Shown: positions 38,966-49,307, counted from the first letter of the whole stretch. The stretch: 63,470 bases of DNA, filler included, from 7 parts of 7 records of this genome joined end to end with filler, not necessarily neighbours in it, one strand, 5' to 3'. Numbers and translations: made by a program. Notes: generated by a model not told the origin, from the sequence alone.

Positions 38966-39241
38966 CTAAACGATTTCCGCACTCAACCCGGCCTGAAGCA
39001 ATTTACTGCATTTGGGTTCAAGAAAAGAATATTCACCTGTTTTTACTGTGCATTTTCCTTTATAATGCACAATCAGCGAGCATTGTTCCGCCTGTTCGGG
39101 AGTGTGCTCACATACATTGATCAAGGTGGTTATCACGTGGTCAAAGGTATTCACATCGTCGTTAAAAAGAACTATTTCGTGCTCATTTGTTGTCTCTTCT
39201 TCCAAGAGGACATCTTCCAACTCTTTTTCTCTAGTACTCAT
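38966..39241 (-). CDS. clpS: ATP-dependent Clp protease adaptor ClpS
   Basis: LFNDDVNTFDHVI...VHYKGKC. Confidence 0.9.
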   Translation of the reverse strand: MSTREKELEDVLLEEETTNEHEIVLFNDDVNTFDHVITTLINVCEHTPEQAEQCSLIVHYKGKCTVKTGEYSFLEPKCSKLLQAGLSAEIV

Positions 39242-39265
39242 TTTATTAACGGAGTTTATGTCTAT

Positions 39266-40093
39266 CTAATTTACATATTTTGCCGCAACCCAATTGTTCT
39301 TCTCCAGATTTTTTTCAAATTCCAAACCATATGCACCACATTTTGAGGAAATTGCATCCAAATCCTCTAAATAGAAGCCACTTAAAAATAAGGAACCGTT
39401 TTTTTTGAGGCAGTTAGCGTAGACCGATATATCTTCCAGTAGAATATTTCGGTTGATATTGGCCAATATCACATCATATTTTTTGCCCTCTAGCAAACTA
39501 CTGTCTCCTTGAAAGGCTTTGATATCGGAGCAACCGTTTCGCTCTACATTTTCTTGGGTATTCAAAAAGCACCATTCATCAATATCTATAGCCTCGGTAT
39601 CTCCCGCGCCACGCTTTTTGGCCAAAATGGCCAGCACACCTGTTCCGCATCCCATATCCAGAACTGATTTTCCATCGAAATCATTGTCCAGAATATGTTG
39701 CAACATCATATGTGTGGTTTCGTGGTGCCCCGTACCAAAACTCATTTTTGGTTCTATAATGATATCGTATTCCACATTGGTCGCCTCATGAAATGGAGCT
39801 CGAACCATACACCTATCTCCTACTATTATGGGATGAAAATTCTTTTCCCATTCTGCATTCCAATTCTGCTGTTCGATTTCCTTCTGTGACCAACTTATTT
39901 CAAAATTTGGATTTTGGAACACAAATAGTTCTTCCAAGGCATCTTCTTTCCATTCTGATTTGAGAATGTAAGCCAATAGTCCTGTTTCATTTTCCACAAA
40001 ACTCTCAAACCCCAATTCCCCCAACTCCGCAATCAAAATATCGGTTGCGGGTTGGAGCGGGCTTATTTTAAAGTCGTATTCTAGATAGACCAA
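39266..40093 (-). CDS. prmA: Ribosomal protein L11 methyltransferase
   Basis: PKMSFGTGHHETT, LDMGCGTGVLAI, ANINRN. Confidence 0.95.
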   Translation of the reverse strand: MVYLEYDFKISPLQPATDILIAELGELGFESFVENETGLLAYILKSEWKEDALEELFVFQNPNFEISWSQKEIEQQNWNAEWEKNFHPIIVGDRCMVRAPFHEATNVEYDIIIEPKMSFGTGHHETTHMMLQHILDNDFDGKSVLDMGCGTGVLAILAKKRGAGDTEAIDIDEWCFLNTQENVERNGCSDIKAFQGDSSLLEGKKYDVILANINRNILLEDISVYANCLKKNGSLFLSGFYLEDLDAISSKCGAYGLEFEKNLEKNNWVAAKYVN

Positions 40094-40104
40094 TGGATTT
40101 GCTT

Positions 40105-40854
40105 TTAAATGGCCTTGATGATATCCGAGAAATCTTCAGCTTTCAATGAAGCTCCTCCAATCAAACCACCATCTACATCTGGTTTTGAAAATATTTCGGC
40201 AGCGTTGGCAGGCTTAACACTTCCTCCGTACAAAATGGAAACATCCTCGGCAATAGACGAATTGAATCCATCTGCAATTGTTTTTCTGATGAACGCATGC
40301 ATTTCCTGAGCTTGCTCTGGACTCGCCGTTTCTCCAGTACCAATGGCCCAAACGGGTTCGTAGGCAAGTACTATCTTGCTCCAAGCGCTGGCATCTAAAT
40401 CAAAAAGTGCGTTTTTTAACTGACTTTCCACTACGGCAAAATGGTTGTCGGATTTTCTATCCTCCAATTCCTCACCAAAGCAGAAAATTACTTTTAGACC
40501 CTTCTCGATAGCTGTTTTTACCTTTTTGGCCAATAACTCATCGTCTTCACCAAAGTAGGCACGCCTTTCGGAGTGACCCAAAATGACAACATCCACATCC
40601 AAACTAAGTAACATATCAGCAGAAATTTCCCCGGTATATGCCCCACTTTCTGCAAAGTGCATATTTTGGGCTGCCACTTGTATTTTGGAATCTTGCAATG
40701 CTTGTTTTGCGGCTTGAAGGTTCACAAATGTTGGCGCTACTATCACATCTGCATTGGTATCAGGTAGTTTGGCGGAAAGCTCGGCCAACAATTCCTCCGT
40801 TTCCTGAAGGTTTTTGTTCATCTTCCAATTTCCTGCTACAATCTTTGTTCTCAT
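40105..40854 (-). CDS. tpiA: Triosephosphate isomerase
   Basis: AGNWKMN, GHSERR, AYEPVWAIGTG, YGGSV, LIGGASL. Confidence 0.98.
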   Translation of the reverse strand: MRTKIVAGNWKMNKNLQETEELLAELSAKLPDTNADVIVAPTFVNLQAAKQALQDSKIQVAAQNMHFAESGAYTGEISADMLLSLDVDVVILGHSERRAYFGEDDELLAKKVKTAIEKGLKVIFCFGEELEDRKSDNHFAVVESQLKNALFDLDASAWSKIVLAYEPVWAIGTGETASPEQAQEMHAFIRKTIADGFNSSIAEDVSILYGGSVKPANAAEIFSKPDVDGGLIGGASLKAEDFSDIIKAI

Positions 40855-40879
40855 GTTATTTGTTGTTATGTTATACTCT

Positions 40880-40907
40880 TTTGGTGTTTGGTGTTTGGTG
40901 TTTGGTG
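40880..40907. repeat. Heptamer tandem repeat (TTTGGTG)x4
   Basis: Four perfect copies between the four-helix-bundle gene and tpiA. Confidence 0.9.
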
Positions 40908-40913
40908 TAAAAA

Positions 40914-41318
40914 TTATTCTTTTTCCCTATTGTTGAATTTTTGTCCTCTTATTTTAGTGTTTCGAAGGTAATACATAAACGCCCCAATTTTGTTGTTACA
41001 GTGTTCTGTCATCTCCAGAGCTTTCATGTAATCCTCATTAGAGATTAGCTTCTTGTCGAAAGAACGATAAAATTGAGATTTCAACTCTGTACACGAACCT
41101 TTTGAAAAACTCAAAAAATTATGGAACTCTTTATTCCCACCTCTTCCAAAGCCTTCTGCTATATTATCCATAATTGAACCTGAACTTCGCTCCATTTGGT
41201 TACGCAACGCATAATTGTTCCCCAACTCAGTTGTTTGAAAAGGGTGCTCTACTAGTTGACACAGTTCCCTGGAAATTTTCCAGACTTCCAAATCTTCGAA
41301 CCTATCTATCCTACCCAT
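40914..41318 (-). CDS. Four helix bundle protein (23S rRNA IVP/Avd-like)
   Basis: FEDLEVWK...QMERSSGSIMDNIAEGFGR...FLSFSKGSCTE. Confidence 0.9.
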   Translation of the reverse strand: MGRIDRFEDLEVWKISRELCQLVEHPFQTTELGNNYALRNQMERSSGSIMDNIAEGFGRGGNKEFHNFLSFSKGSCTELKSQFYRSFDKKLISNEDYMKALEMTEHCNNKIGAFMYYLRNTKIRGQKFNNREKE

Positions 41319-41355
41319 CTTACATCAAAACATTTAAACTGAAAAACAACAAACA

Positions 41356-42495
41356 TTAAAACTCCAGTTCCTCAAAATCGTTGTAATGTACCTTTTGTTG
41401 AATAGTCCCCTTGCTGAGCACTAAAATAGCTGGATTAGAGCGCACAATAGTCTTTAAAGTTGTTTCATCTGTAAAATAGAATTCAAAATCCAGTCCGTAG
41501 GTATCGATTAGCTGATTTGCCATATCGCTGCTCGAAGCGGACATTCCAATGACTTTGTAACCGTTTTCAATTGCCTTATCAGTAGTTTTCTTTACCTCTG
41601 GATAAACTTCCTTTTGTGCCTCCTTAATATCATCAACAGTTGCTCCTTTGGTCAAACCTGCTGTTTTGTTTAAATCATAAGCAATCACCATTACCAGCTT
41701 ATCCTCTTCCAGCAGTTCAGGAGCATAGTCCTGCCCTTCTTGTTCAATGGTAAAGTCATGAATGGGAGGTTCATACCCTGCTTGTATCTGAGTAGTTTCC
41801 ACATCAATAAATTCTCCATCTACCGTAGGATAGTCGCCCTCCGTTACATAAATTTGCTCTTCACCATTCACCTTAAAACGCCAAGCATACTCATAAATGG
41901 GTTTCGGAGCATTTTCGGGAACGGACATTCCTTCTTGTATGTTAGCACCAATTTTATAGGGCCTAAAATCCACCGATGGCAAATGGGCCAATACATGATT
42001 TGCAAACAGGGCACAAGCCAGCAACGACACTACCCCAACTATCCAATTGACTTTGGAACTGAACAATGGTATAATATATTTTCTGCCAAAAAACAGAATC
42101 AAAATAAACACCAATAGAATCACGTCTTTAGTAAAGGATTCCCAAGGCGTTAGCTTGACGGCGTCTCCAAAACAGCCACAATCCGTAACTTTATTGAAAT
42201 ATGCTGAATAAAACGTCAAGAATGTGAAGAACACGATCATGAGCAGTAGGCTCCAAACCGTGAATTTGGGTTTAAATCCAATCAATAGTAAAATGCCCAA
42301 AATCACCTCAACAATAACCACAAAAATAGAAATGGCCAATGCCAAGGGAGTCAAAAAAGGAATGTCCAATACCCCTGGACTAAAATATTCTTCCAGTTTG
42401 AAGGAAAAACCCATGGGGTCGTTCAACTTTATCAACCCGCTGATAATGAACAACACCCCTACTATAATTCTTGATATCCAGACCAAATATTTCAT
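41356..42495 (-). CDS. DoxX/MauE-like membrane protein (BT_3928 family)
   Basis: FIISGLIKLNDP, DCGCFGDA, C-terminal thioredoxin-like RSNP. Confidence 0.85.
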   Translation of the reverse strand: MKYLVWISRIIVGVLFIISGLIKLNDPMGFSFKLEEYFSPGVLDIPFLTPLALAISIFVVIVEVILGILLLIGFKPKFTVWSLLLMIVFFTFLTFYSAYFNKVTDCGCFGDAVKLTPWESFTKDVILLVFILILFFGRKYIIPLFSSKVNWIVGVVSLLACALFANHVLAHLPSVDFRPYKIGANIQEGMSVPENAPKPIYEYAWRFKVNGEEQIYVTEGDYPTVDGEFIDVETTQIQAGYEPPIHDFTIEQEGQDYAPELLEEDKLVMVIAYDLNKTAGLTKGATVDDIKEAQKEVYPEVKKTTDKAIENGYKVIGMSASSSDMANQLIDTYGLDFEFYFTDETTLKTIVRSNPAILVLSKGTIQQKVHYNDFEELEF

Positions 42496-42549
42496 ATTTT
42501 TCAAAATAAATTTCCAATCCTAAAAAAACAAAACCCAATTTCCTCTCGA

Positions 42550-42891
42550 TTAAGCCTTTTTCAAAATTGATGATAATATCTTTCTTAACTCGATAGATTC
42601 CTCAATCAAATTCTGCGCTAAATCACTATCAGGATTTGAATCCTTCAGCAAACGTAACCAATACCCCGATTCCTTTGCTTCTTTTCTTGCTATTTTCAAT
42701 CTAAACTTAAAATCCTTGTCCCCCAGTTTTTCATTTGCCTCAATATAATTGGCTCCAACAGAACCAGAAGAACGAATCAATTGTTTTCCATCTTCAATGT
42801 TTATGACGGAGGTTTTCAATGATTTGACATACTTTCTACAATTCTTTGCAAAATTGAATGTTCTATCTTCTAAATCATACTTGTTATTCAA
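42550..42891 (-). CDS. Four helix bundle protein (second, divergent subfamily)
   Basis: DLEDRT...QLIRSSGSVGANYIEA...IARKEAKESGYWL. Confidence 0.9.
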   Translation of the reverse strand: MNNKYDLEDRTFNFAKNCRKYVKSLKTSVINIEDGKQLIRSSGSVGANYIEANEKLGDKDFKFRLKIARKEAKESGYWLRLLKDSNPDSDLAQNLIEESIELRKILSSILKKA

Positions 42892-42917
42892 AGTGAATTT
42901 TTGTTATTTGGATTTTA

Positions 42918-43463
42918 TCATTTGGTATTTACACCCAAATGAATGAGTGCAAAAACTGCATAATTTACCATATCCTGATAGTTGGCATCCACACCCTCGC
43001 TCACCAAAGTCGCACCTTGGTTGTTCTCAATCTGTTTTACGCGCAATAACTTTTGCAAAATCAAATCGGTAAGGGAGCTTACACGCATATCTCGCCACGC
43101 TTCACCATAATCGTGGTTTTTATCCTCCATCAACTTTTTGGTAATGGCTACTTGCTCATCATAAAGGGCAATGGCCTCTTCAGCAGTCAAATCTGGCTGT
43201 TCCACCACGCCTTTCTTAATCTGAATCAACGCCATAATGGAATAATTGATAATCCCGATAAACTCGGAACGCTCGTCTTCGTCCACCTTGCGCACATCGT
43301 TCTGTTGAAGACCGCGAATGCGCTGTGCCTTTATAAAAATCTGGTCTGTTAATGAGGGTAACCTAAGGATTCGCCAAGCGGTACCATAATCCTTGGCCTT
43401 TTTTGAAAACAATTCACGACAGGTTTGTATCACCTCATCGTATTGTTGGGAAGTCTGCTGCAT
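42918..43463 (-). CDS. DUF1599 domain protein
   Basis: Duplicated K..DYG.AWR motif. Confidence 0.85.
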   Translation of the reverse strand: MQQTSQQYDEVIQTCRELFSKKAKDYGTAWRILRLPSLTDQIFIKAQRIRGLQQNDVRKVDEDERSEFIGIINYSIMALIQIKKGVVEQPDLTAEEAIALYDEQVAITKKLMEDKNHDYGEAWRDMRVSSLTDLILQKLLRVKQIENNQGATLVSEGVDANYQDMVNYAVFALIHLGVNTK

Positions 43464-43558
43464 GTATTGTTGCTAATTTGCGTAAATTTCGTCCAACTTA
43501 TCCGTGCCCATGAGCACTTTGCCAAAGATAATGAAACCCGACAAAGCATATATTTTTT

Positions 43559-44392
43559 ATGACCATAAACTGCAAAGGTGAGCTTGTAGACTTAAAAACG
43601 CCCAGAGTGATGGGCATCCTCAACCTAACGCCCGATTCCTTTTTTGATGGCGGCAAATACAAGGACGAAGCATCCATACTTGACCAAGTTGAGTATATGC
43701 TCAACCATGGCGCAACCTTTATTGATATGGGTGCCTATAGCTCCCGACCCGGTGCCGAGCATGTTCCGGAAGATGAGGAATTGAAACGGATGATTCCCGT
43801 TGTTGACCTTATCCTGAAGAAATTTCCTGATACTTTGATTTCGGTGGATACCTTTCGGAGCAAGGTGGCAACTGAAAGCATTGAACACGGTGCGGCCATG
43901 ATCAACGATATATCAGCTGGAAATCTGGATGAAGCAATGTTCGATACAGTCGCCAATCATCAAGTTCCGTACATTATGATGCACATGAAGGGCACTCCGA
44001 AATCCATGCAAAAGCAAGCGACCTACGACAACTTCATCAACGATCTCAGGTATTATTTTTCAGAGAAAATCAAAGAGACCACATCAAAAAAAATCAACGA
44101 TGTGATAATAGACCCAGGGTTTGGATTTGCCAAAACAACTGGGCAAAATTATACATTGCTCAACCACTTGGATATGTTTCAAACCTTTGGTTTACCCATT
44201 TTGATAGGCCTGAGCAGAAAATCCATGATTTACAAAGTGCTGGAATCATCACCTCAAGAAGCTTTGAACGGAACCACCGCGCTGCATACCGCGGCACTTT
44301 TAAAAGGAGCCAATATTATTCGGGCCCACGATGTAAAAGAAGCCATGGAATGTGTTAAACTTGTAACGGCCTTAAAAGAGAATGCCCTCTAA
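43559..44392 (+). CDS. folP: Dihydropteroate synthase
   Basis: MGILNLTPDSFFDGG, SSRPG, DPGFGF, SRKS, RAHDV. Confidence 0.97.
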   Translation: MTINCKGELVDLKTPRVMGILNLTPDSFFDGGKYKDEASILDQVEYMLNHGATFIDMGAYSSRPGAEHVPEDEELKRMIPVVDLILKKFPDTLISVDTFRSKVATESIEHGAAMINDISAGNLDEAMFDTVANHQVPYIMMHMKGTPKSMQKQATYDNFINDLRYYFSEKIKETTSKKINDVIIDPGFGFAKTTGQNYTLLNHLDMFQTFGLPILIGLSRKSMIYKVLESSPQEALNGTTALHTAALLKGANIIRAHDVKEAMECVKLVTALKENAL

Positions 44393-44436
44393 TTTGAGGT
44401 TCTCCTATTTTTGCTAATTTTACAAAAACGCTGCGG

Positions 44437-45225
44437 TTGGATTTTTTAAATTTTATCGAATTCAAGATTACGGATGTCATCGACATAGTCCTAGTGGCCG
44501 CACTCCTCTATTACATTTACAAACTGGTAAAGGGAACGGTAGCCATCAATATTTTTATAGGTATCGTGATTGTTTGGGCATTATGGAAACTTACCGAATT
44601 GCTTCAAATGAAAATGATCAGCAGTATGGTGGGTGGCTTTATGAACATAGGTCTTATCGCCCTGATCATTGTATTCCAACAAGAGATTCGAAAGTTTCTG
44701 TTAATGGTCGGCTCCACTAATTTTGCCTCCAAAAGAAATTTTTTAAGACGCTTTAAGTTTTTAAAACAAGAAGCTGTCTCCACCACCACGGATGTTGATG
44801 CCATCATAAATGCCTGCGAACGCATGGCCTCATCCAAAACTGGTGCACTCATCGTTATAGAAAGGAACAACTCCTTGGATTTTGTAAAATCTACCGGAGA
44901 TACGATGGATATAAAAATAACACAGCCTATTTTAGAAAGTATCTTTTTCAAAAATAGTCCGCTGCACGATGGTGCCATTGTAATCCAAGAAAACTTCATT
45001 ACCGCTACCAGAGTGATTTTGCCCGTTTCCAACGACCGCAATATCCCCCTTCGTTTTGGCCTACGCCACAGAGCCGCTGTTGGCATTACCGAAAAAACAG
45101 ATGCACTCTGTCTTGTGGTCAGTGAAGAAACAGGTTCCATATCCTACATAAAAAATGGCGATTTTATTCCTTTTAAAAACAAGGAGGAATTGGCAAAACG
45201 CATTAAAAAGGACTTGGAGCAATGA
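44437..45225 (+). CDS. cdaA: Diadenylate cyclase CdaA
   Basis: Three TM helices; HDGA and LRHRAA motifs. Confidence 0.92.
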   Translation: MDFLNFIEFKITDVIDIVLVAALLYYIYKLVKGTVAINIFIGIVIVWALWKLTELLQMKMISSMVGGFMNIGLIALIIVFQQEIRKFLLMVGSTNFASKRNFLRRFKFLKQEAVSTTTDVDAIINACERMASSKTGALIVIERNNSLDFVKSTGDTMDIKITQPILESIFFKNSPLHDGAIVIQENFITATRVILPVSNDRNIPLRFGLRHRAAVGITEKTDALCLVVSEETGSISYIKNGDFIPFKNKEELAKRIKKDLEQ

Positions 45226-46004
45226 CGTGCAAAAATTGCGGTGACACCTTAAGAACGGACTTTCTTTATTGTCCCAACTGCGGAGGAAAAGTTATACGTA
45301 ACAGAATTACAATTAAAAATCTCTGGACCGATATACTTGAACGGTATTTTAACCTCGACAATACATTCGTGAACACCTTTGTGCATCTGTTCACCAAACC
45401 TGAGGTAGTTATAGAAGGGTACATACAGGGGCTTCGTAGGAAATACTTGAACCCCATAAGTTATTTAGGGATAGCCTTAACGCTTTCAGGAGTTCAAATT
45501 TTCCTTATGTCGAAATCCATCGATTTGCTTGATTTCGATTTCTATGACACAGAAGAACAAATAAAATTTCAACAAAAATTGATGGGTTTCATAATGGACT
45601 ATCAATCTTTGGTATTTATTCTTTTCATTCCATTGATGGCCATTTCTGGGTGGCTGTGTTTTGATGAAAAGAAATATAATTTTGCAGAGCGCACCATCAT
45701 TTTCATGTACACGTTATCACATTATAGCGTCGTAATCTTTATCCCATCAGTTTTGATTCTCTTATTTGCTCCAGAAAACTTTATGATATTTTCATTAATT
45801 GGCTCATTGATGATGCTTTTATATGCCTGCTTCGTAGTTATTCGCGTATCAAGTTCAAAAGGGTTGGCACTGGTTGGAAGGTTAATATTTTTCAATATGG
45901 GTTTTGTAATTCTTTATATGATGATTGCCACATTGATACCGCTTATCATGTTGTTAACCGGTATGTTAAACATTGATGATTTTGTGCCTCCACCTCAAAA
46001 TTAG
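45222..46004 (+). CDS. DUF3667 membrane protein
   Basis: N-terminal CKNC/CPNC zinc ribbon, RRKYLNP, multiple TMs. Confidence 0.85.
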   Translation: MTCKNCGDTLRTDFLYCPNCGGKVIRNRITIKNLWTDILERYFNLDNTFVNTFVHLFTKPEVVIEGYIQGLRRKYLNPISYLGIALTLSGVQIFLMSKSIDLLDFDFYDTEEQIKFQQKLMGFIMDYQSLVFILFIPLMAISGWLCFDEKKYNFAERTIIFMYTLSHYSVVIFIPSVLILLFAPENFMIFSLIGSLMMLLYACFVVIRVSSSKGLALVGRLIFFNMGFVILYMMIATLIPLIMLLTGMLNIDDFVPPPQN

Positions 46005-46006
46005 AG

Positions 46007-47782
46007 TTAAGCCACTTCCTCTGCCAAAAACTGCGCCTGGTAAAGATCGTTGTAGTAGCCACCTTTTTCCAACAGTTCCTTGTGGGTTCCGACCTCAATG
46101 ATTTTACCGGCATCCATTACAATAATTTTATCCGCTTTTTTAATGGTCGCCAAACGGTGCGCTATAATAATGGAAGTCCTGCCTTCGGTAATCTTGTCGG
46201 TAGCTTCTTGTATCAGTATTTCGGAATAGGTATCCACGGATGATGTAGCTTCATCCAAAATAAGAATACTCGGGTTGCTCACATAGGCTCTTAAAAAGGC
46301 AATCAATTGACGCTGACCGCTGGAGAGCATCGTTCCACGCTCTTTTACGTTGTATTGGTACCCACCTGGAAGGCTCGAAATAAATTCGTGCACTCCAATT
46401 TGCTTGGCGGCCGCCTCAATCTGTTCCGTGGTGATATCATTATCACGAAGTGAAATGTTATTCGCAATGGTATCTGCAAATAAGAATACATCTTGCAGTA
46501 CAATAGCGATATGTGAACGGAGCGACTTTAATGTATAGTCGTCCAAACACACATTGTCCACCAAAATTTTACCGGAGTTGATCTCGTAGAATCGGTTGAG
46601 CAGATTAATGATAGTCGATTTTCCTGCACCTGTGGCACCGACAATGGCTACGGTTTCACCTGCCTTTACATCAAACGAAATTCCATGGAGTACTTCTTCA
46701 TCGGGCACATAGCCAAAATGTACATCCTTGAATTCAATATCTCCTTTCACATCTTTTTTCTCCACGGTACCGTTATCGTCGATATGGCTATCGGTATCCA
46801 AAATCTTGAATACACGGTTGGCAGCTACCATTCCCATTTGCAGGGTATTGAACTTATCGGCGATTTGACGTAGGGGCCTAAACAGCAGATCCATCAAGAA
46901 AAAGAAAGCCAAAATGGCCCCCTTGTTGTCCATCCCCACATTTTCTATATTCTGAATCACACCAAAATACACCACCAACCCAATACCAATGGAGTTGGAT
47001 ATTTCAGCGATAGGGAAGAATATGGAGTTGTACCAGACCGTTTTCAACCAAGCATTCTGATGCTTTTCGTTGATAACACGGAACTTCTCCTTTTCAATCT
47101 CCTCACGGTTGAAGAGTTGAACGATTTTCATTCCAGCTATTCGCTCCTGTACAAATGAATTAAGATTGGATACCTGTGCCCTAACTTCCACAAATGCCAC
47201 CTTCATGGCTTGTTGAAATAGCCGTGTAGCAATTAGGATAATTGGCATAATGGCAAATACGATTAAGGCCAACTTCCAGTTAATGACCACCATAATAATG
47301 GCTGCGGATAGCATTTTAAGAGCATCGGCAACTATCATAAAAAACCCTTGGCTAAATATTTCGCCAATGCGCTGCATATCCGCTACGGCCCTGGTCACCA
47401 AAACTCCAATGGAAGAATTGTCGAAGTAGGTCATTTTAAAACCTGTCATCTTTTCAAAAAGATTGATACGAATATCCCTGATGACCGACTCGCCCAATAG
47501 GTTCGCATAATAATTGAACAATAATTGCGTAATTACCTGGCCGAGCAAAAAAGCAAGCATGAGCATAACATTGTTGAGCAATTGCTCAGAATCCTTACTT
47601 TCCAGAGACTTGTTGATGATTTCCTTGACCAACAAGGGAATTCCGATAGCAAATGCCGCCGATAAAATGGCCACTATGGCCACCAGCCAAAAAATGCCTC
47701 GATAGGGCCTGGTCCGTGAAAAAACACGCTTGAACAATCGAAAATCAAACGCTTTTCCTACATCATCCTTTTTGCTCATCAA
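46007..47782 (-). CDS. ABC exporter (fused TMD + NBD, MdlB-like)
   Basis: GATGAGKS, LSSGQRQ, ILDEATS. Confidence 0.95.
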   Translation of the reverse strand: MMSKKDDVGKAFDFRLFKRVFSRTRPYRGIFWLVAIVAILSAAFAIGIPLLVKEIINKSLESKDSEQLLNNVMLMLAFLLGQVITQLLFNYYANLLGESVIRDIRINLFEKMTGFKMTYFDNSSIGVLVTRAVADMQRIGEIFSQGFFMIVADALKMLSAAIIMVVINWKLALIVFAIMPIILIATRLFQQAMKVAFVEVRAQVSNLNSFVQERIAGMKIVQLFNREEIEKEKFRVINEKHQNAWLKTVWYNSIFFPIAEISNSIGIGLVVYFGVIQNIENVGMDNKGAILAFFFLMDLLFRPLRQIADKFNTLQMGMVAANRVFKILDTDSHIDDNGTVEKKDVKGDIEFKDVHFGYVPDEEVLHGISFDVKAGETVAIVGATGAGKSTIINLLNRFYEINSGKILVDNVCLDDYTLKSLRSHIAIVLQDVFLFADTIANNISLRDNDITTEQIEAAAKQIGVHEFISSLPGGYQYNVKERGTMLSSGQRQLIAFLRAYVSNPSILILDEATSSVDTYSEILIQEATDKITEGRTSIIIAHRLATIKKADKIIVMDAGKIIEVGTHKELLEKGGYYNDLYQAQFLAEEVA

Positions 47783-48518
47783 AAATCTCTTTTGGATATG
47801 AAACCTTGGTCAAATATAATCCTTTTGCCGGGACGGAGACACCCGCCTCTCCCCTATCTTTACTTGCTATAATCTTATGAATATCCTCAGGGGACATTTT
47901 ACCCTGCCCCACATCCAACAACGTTCCTACCACTGCACGGACCATGTTCCGTAAAAAACGGTCGGCCGTAATGGTAAAGACCCATTTTTCCTTATCTACT
48001 GTCCAAACTGCCTCGCGGACATCACATTTGAATGTTTTTACATCGGTATTGGATTTGGAAAAACATTCAAAATCAGTGTAATTCAACATCAATTGCGCCG
48101 CCCTGTTCATCGATGGCAAGTTCAAAGGGTGCTTTACCAAGTGGGCATAATCAAAAAGAAAGGGGCTCTTTTCCTTGACCAGCCAATATTCGTAAGTGCG
48201 TTCCACAGCATCAAAACGGGCATGGGCTGTATCGATAACAGGAAATATGGCCTGTACGGCAATATCATCCGGTAAAAAGGCATTCAATCGGTACACCAAT
48301 TCATCAATATCCGATATTGAATCAACATCCATATGGCAGAACATCTGCTTGGCATGCACTCCTGCATCGGTTCTCCCGGCACCTATCACCTCAACCTTTT
48401 CACGTAACAATGTGGACAGTGCTTTTTCCAAAACCTCTTGCACGGTGATGGCATTGGGCTGGTTCTGCCAACCATGATATGCCTTGCCGAAATAAGAAAA
48501 TTGGACGAAATATCTCAA
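47763..48518 (-). CDS. truA: tRNA pseudouridine(38-40) synthase
   Basis: GAGRTDAGVHA, HARFDA, FLRNMVR. Confidence 0.96.
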   Translation of the reverse strand: MRYFVQFSYFGKAYHGWQNQPNAITVQEVLEKALSTLLREKVEVIGAGRTDAGVHAKQMFCHMDVDSISDIDELVYRLNAFLPDDIAVQAIFPVIDTAHARFDAVERTYEYWLVKEKSPFLFDYAHLVKHPLNLPSMNRAAQLMLNYTDFECFSKSNTDVKTFKCDVREAVWTVDKEKWVFTITADRFLRNMVRAVVGTLLDVGQGKMSPEDIHKIIASKDRGEAGVSVPAKGLYLTKVSYPKEIFDEQKG

Positions 48519-48606
48519 TGGAATGGATTACTTTTAAGCCTGTAAAGATAATTGAATCCTTTCCAACATAAATCCGACCGTTGGTTTTTAGCATATTTTT
48601 AGCGAA

Positions 48607-49101
48607 ATGAAGAAAATCCTGTTGCTTTCCGACACGCATGGCCATATGGACCCAACCATTTTAAAATATGCAGCGCAAGCTGATGAAGTTTGGCATGCAG
48701 GCGACATTGGAAGCCTATCTGTTACCGATGAGCTGGAAGCCCTAAAACCGGTTAGAGGCGTGCACGGAAATATTGATGACCATGTGATCCAAAAAGAATT
48801 TCCAGAAAATAACCGATTTATGTGCGAAGGGGTCGATGTTTGGATTACGCACATTGGCGGTTATCCGAACCGCTATAATATTCGGGTACGGGATGAAATC
48901 AGAAACAATCCGCCCAAACTATTTATTTGTGGACATTCCCATATATTAAAGGTAATGCACGACAAAAAATTGGGGCTGTTGCACATGAATCCAGGGGCAT
49001 GTGGAAAACATGGTTTTCATCAGGTACGCACTATGTTGCGTTTTGTTATCGATGGGGAAAAAATATCGGATTTAGAAGTTGTGGAATTGGGCAAGCGATA
49101 G
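48607..49101 (+). CDS. YfcE-like metallophosphoesterase
   Basis: SDTH, HAGD, GNID, GHSH, NPGA. Confidence 0.9.
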   Translation: MKKILLLSDTHGHMDPTILKYAAQADEVWHAGDIGSLSVTDELEALKPVRGVHGNIDDHVIQKEFPENNRFMCEGVDVWITHIGGYPNRYNIRVRDEIRNNPPKLFICGHSHILKVMHDKKLGLLHMNPGACGKHGFHQVRTMLRFVIDGEKISDLEVVELGKR

Positions 49102-49111
49102 CCAAATACAT

Positions 49112-49140
49112 AAAAACCCCGGCCAAAGCCAGGGTTTTTT
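49112..49140. terminator. Bidirectional intrinsic terminator
   Basis: AAAAACCCCGGC-CAAA-GCCAGGGTTTTT. Confidence 0.7.
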
Positions 49141-49167
49141 CGCACTAATACTACTAAGATGTTAGGT

Positions 49168-49206
49168 TCAACGTAAGCGATCAACAGATTTTACAAGATC
49201 TTCATC
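49168..49206 (-). CDS. C-terminal tip of a probable DUF4293 protein
   Basis: DEDLVKSVDRLR*; only 12 codons visible. Confidence 0.45.
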   Translation of the reverse strand, partial: DEDLVKSVDRLR

Positions 49207-49207
49207 C

Positions 49208-49307
49208 NNNNNNNNNNNNNNNNNNNNNNNNNNNNNNNNNNNNNNNNNNNNTTAATTAATTAANNNNNNNNNNNNNNNNNNNNNNNNNNNNNNNNNNNNN
49301 NNNNNNN
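49208..49307. other. Artificial contig spacer
   Basis: N44-TTAATTAATTAA-N44. Confidence 0.99.

Noticed and set aside
40914-42891. Diversity-generating retroelement (Avd-like genes)
   Set aside because: No RT and no TR/VR repeat pair seen.
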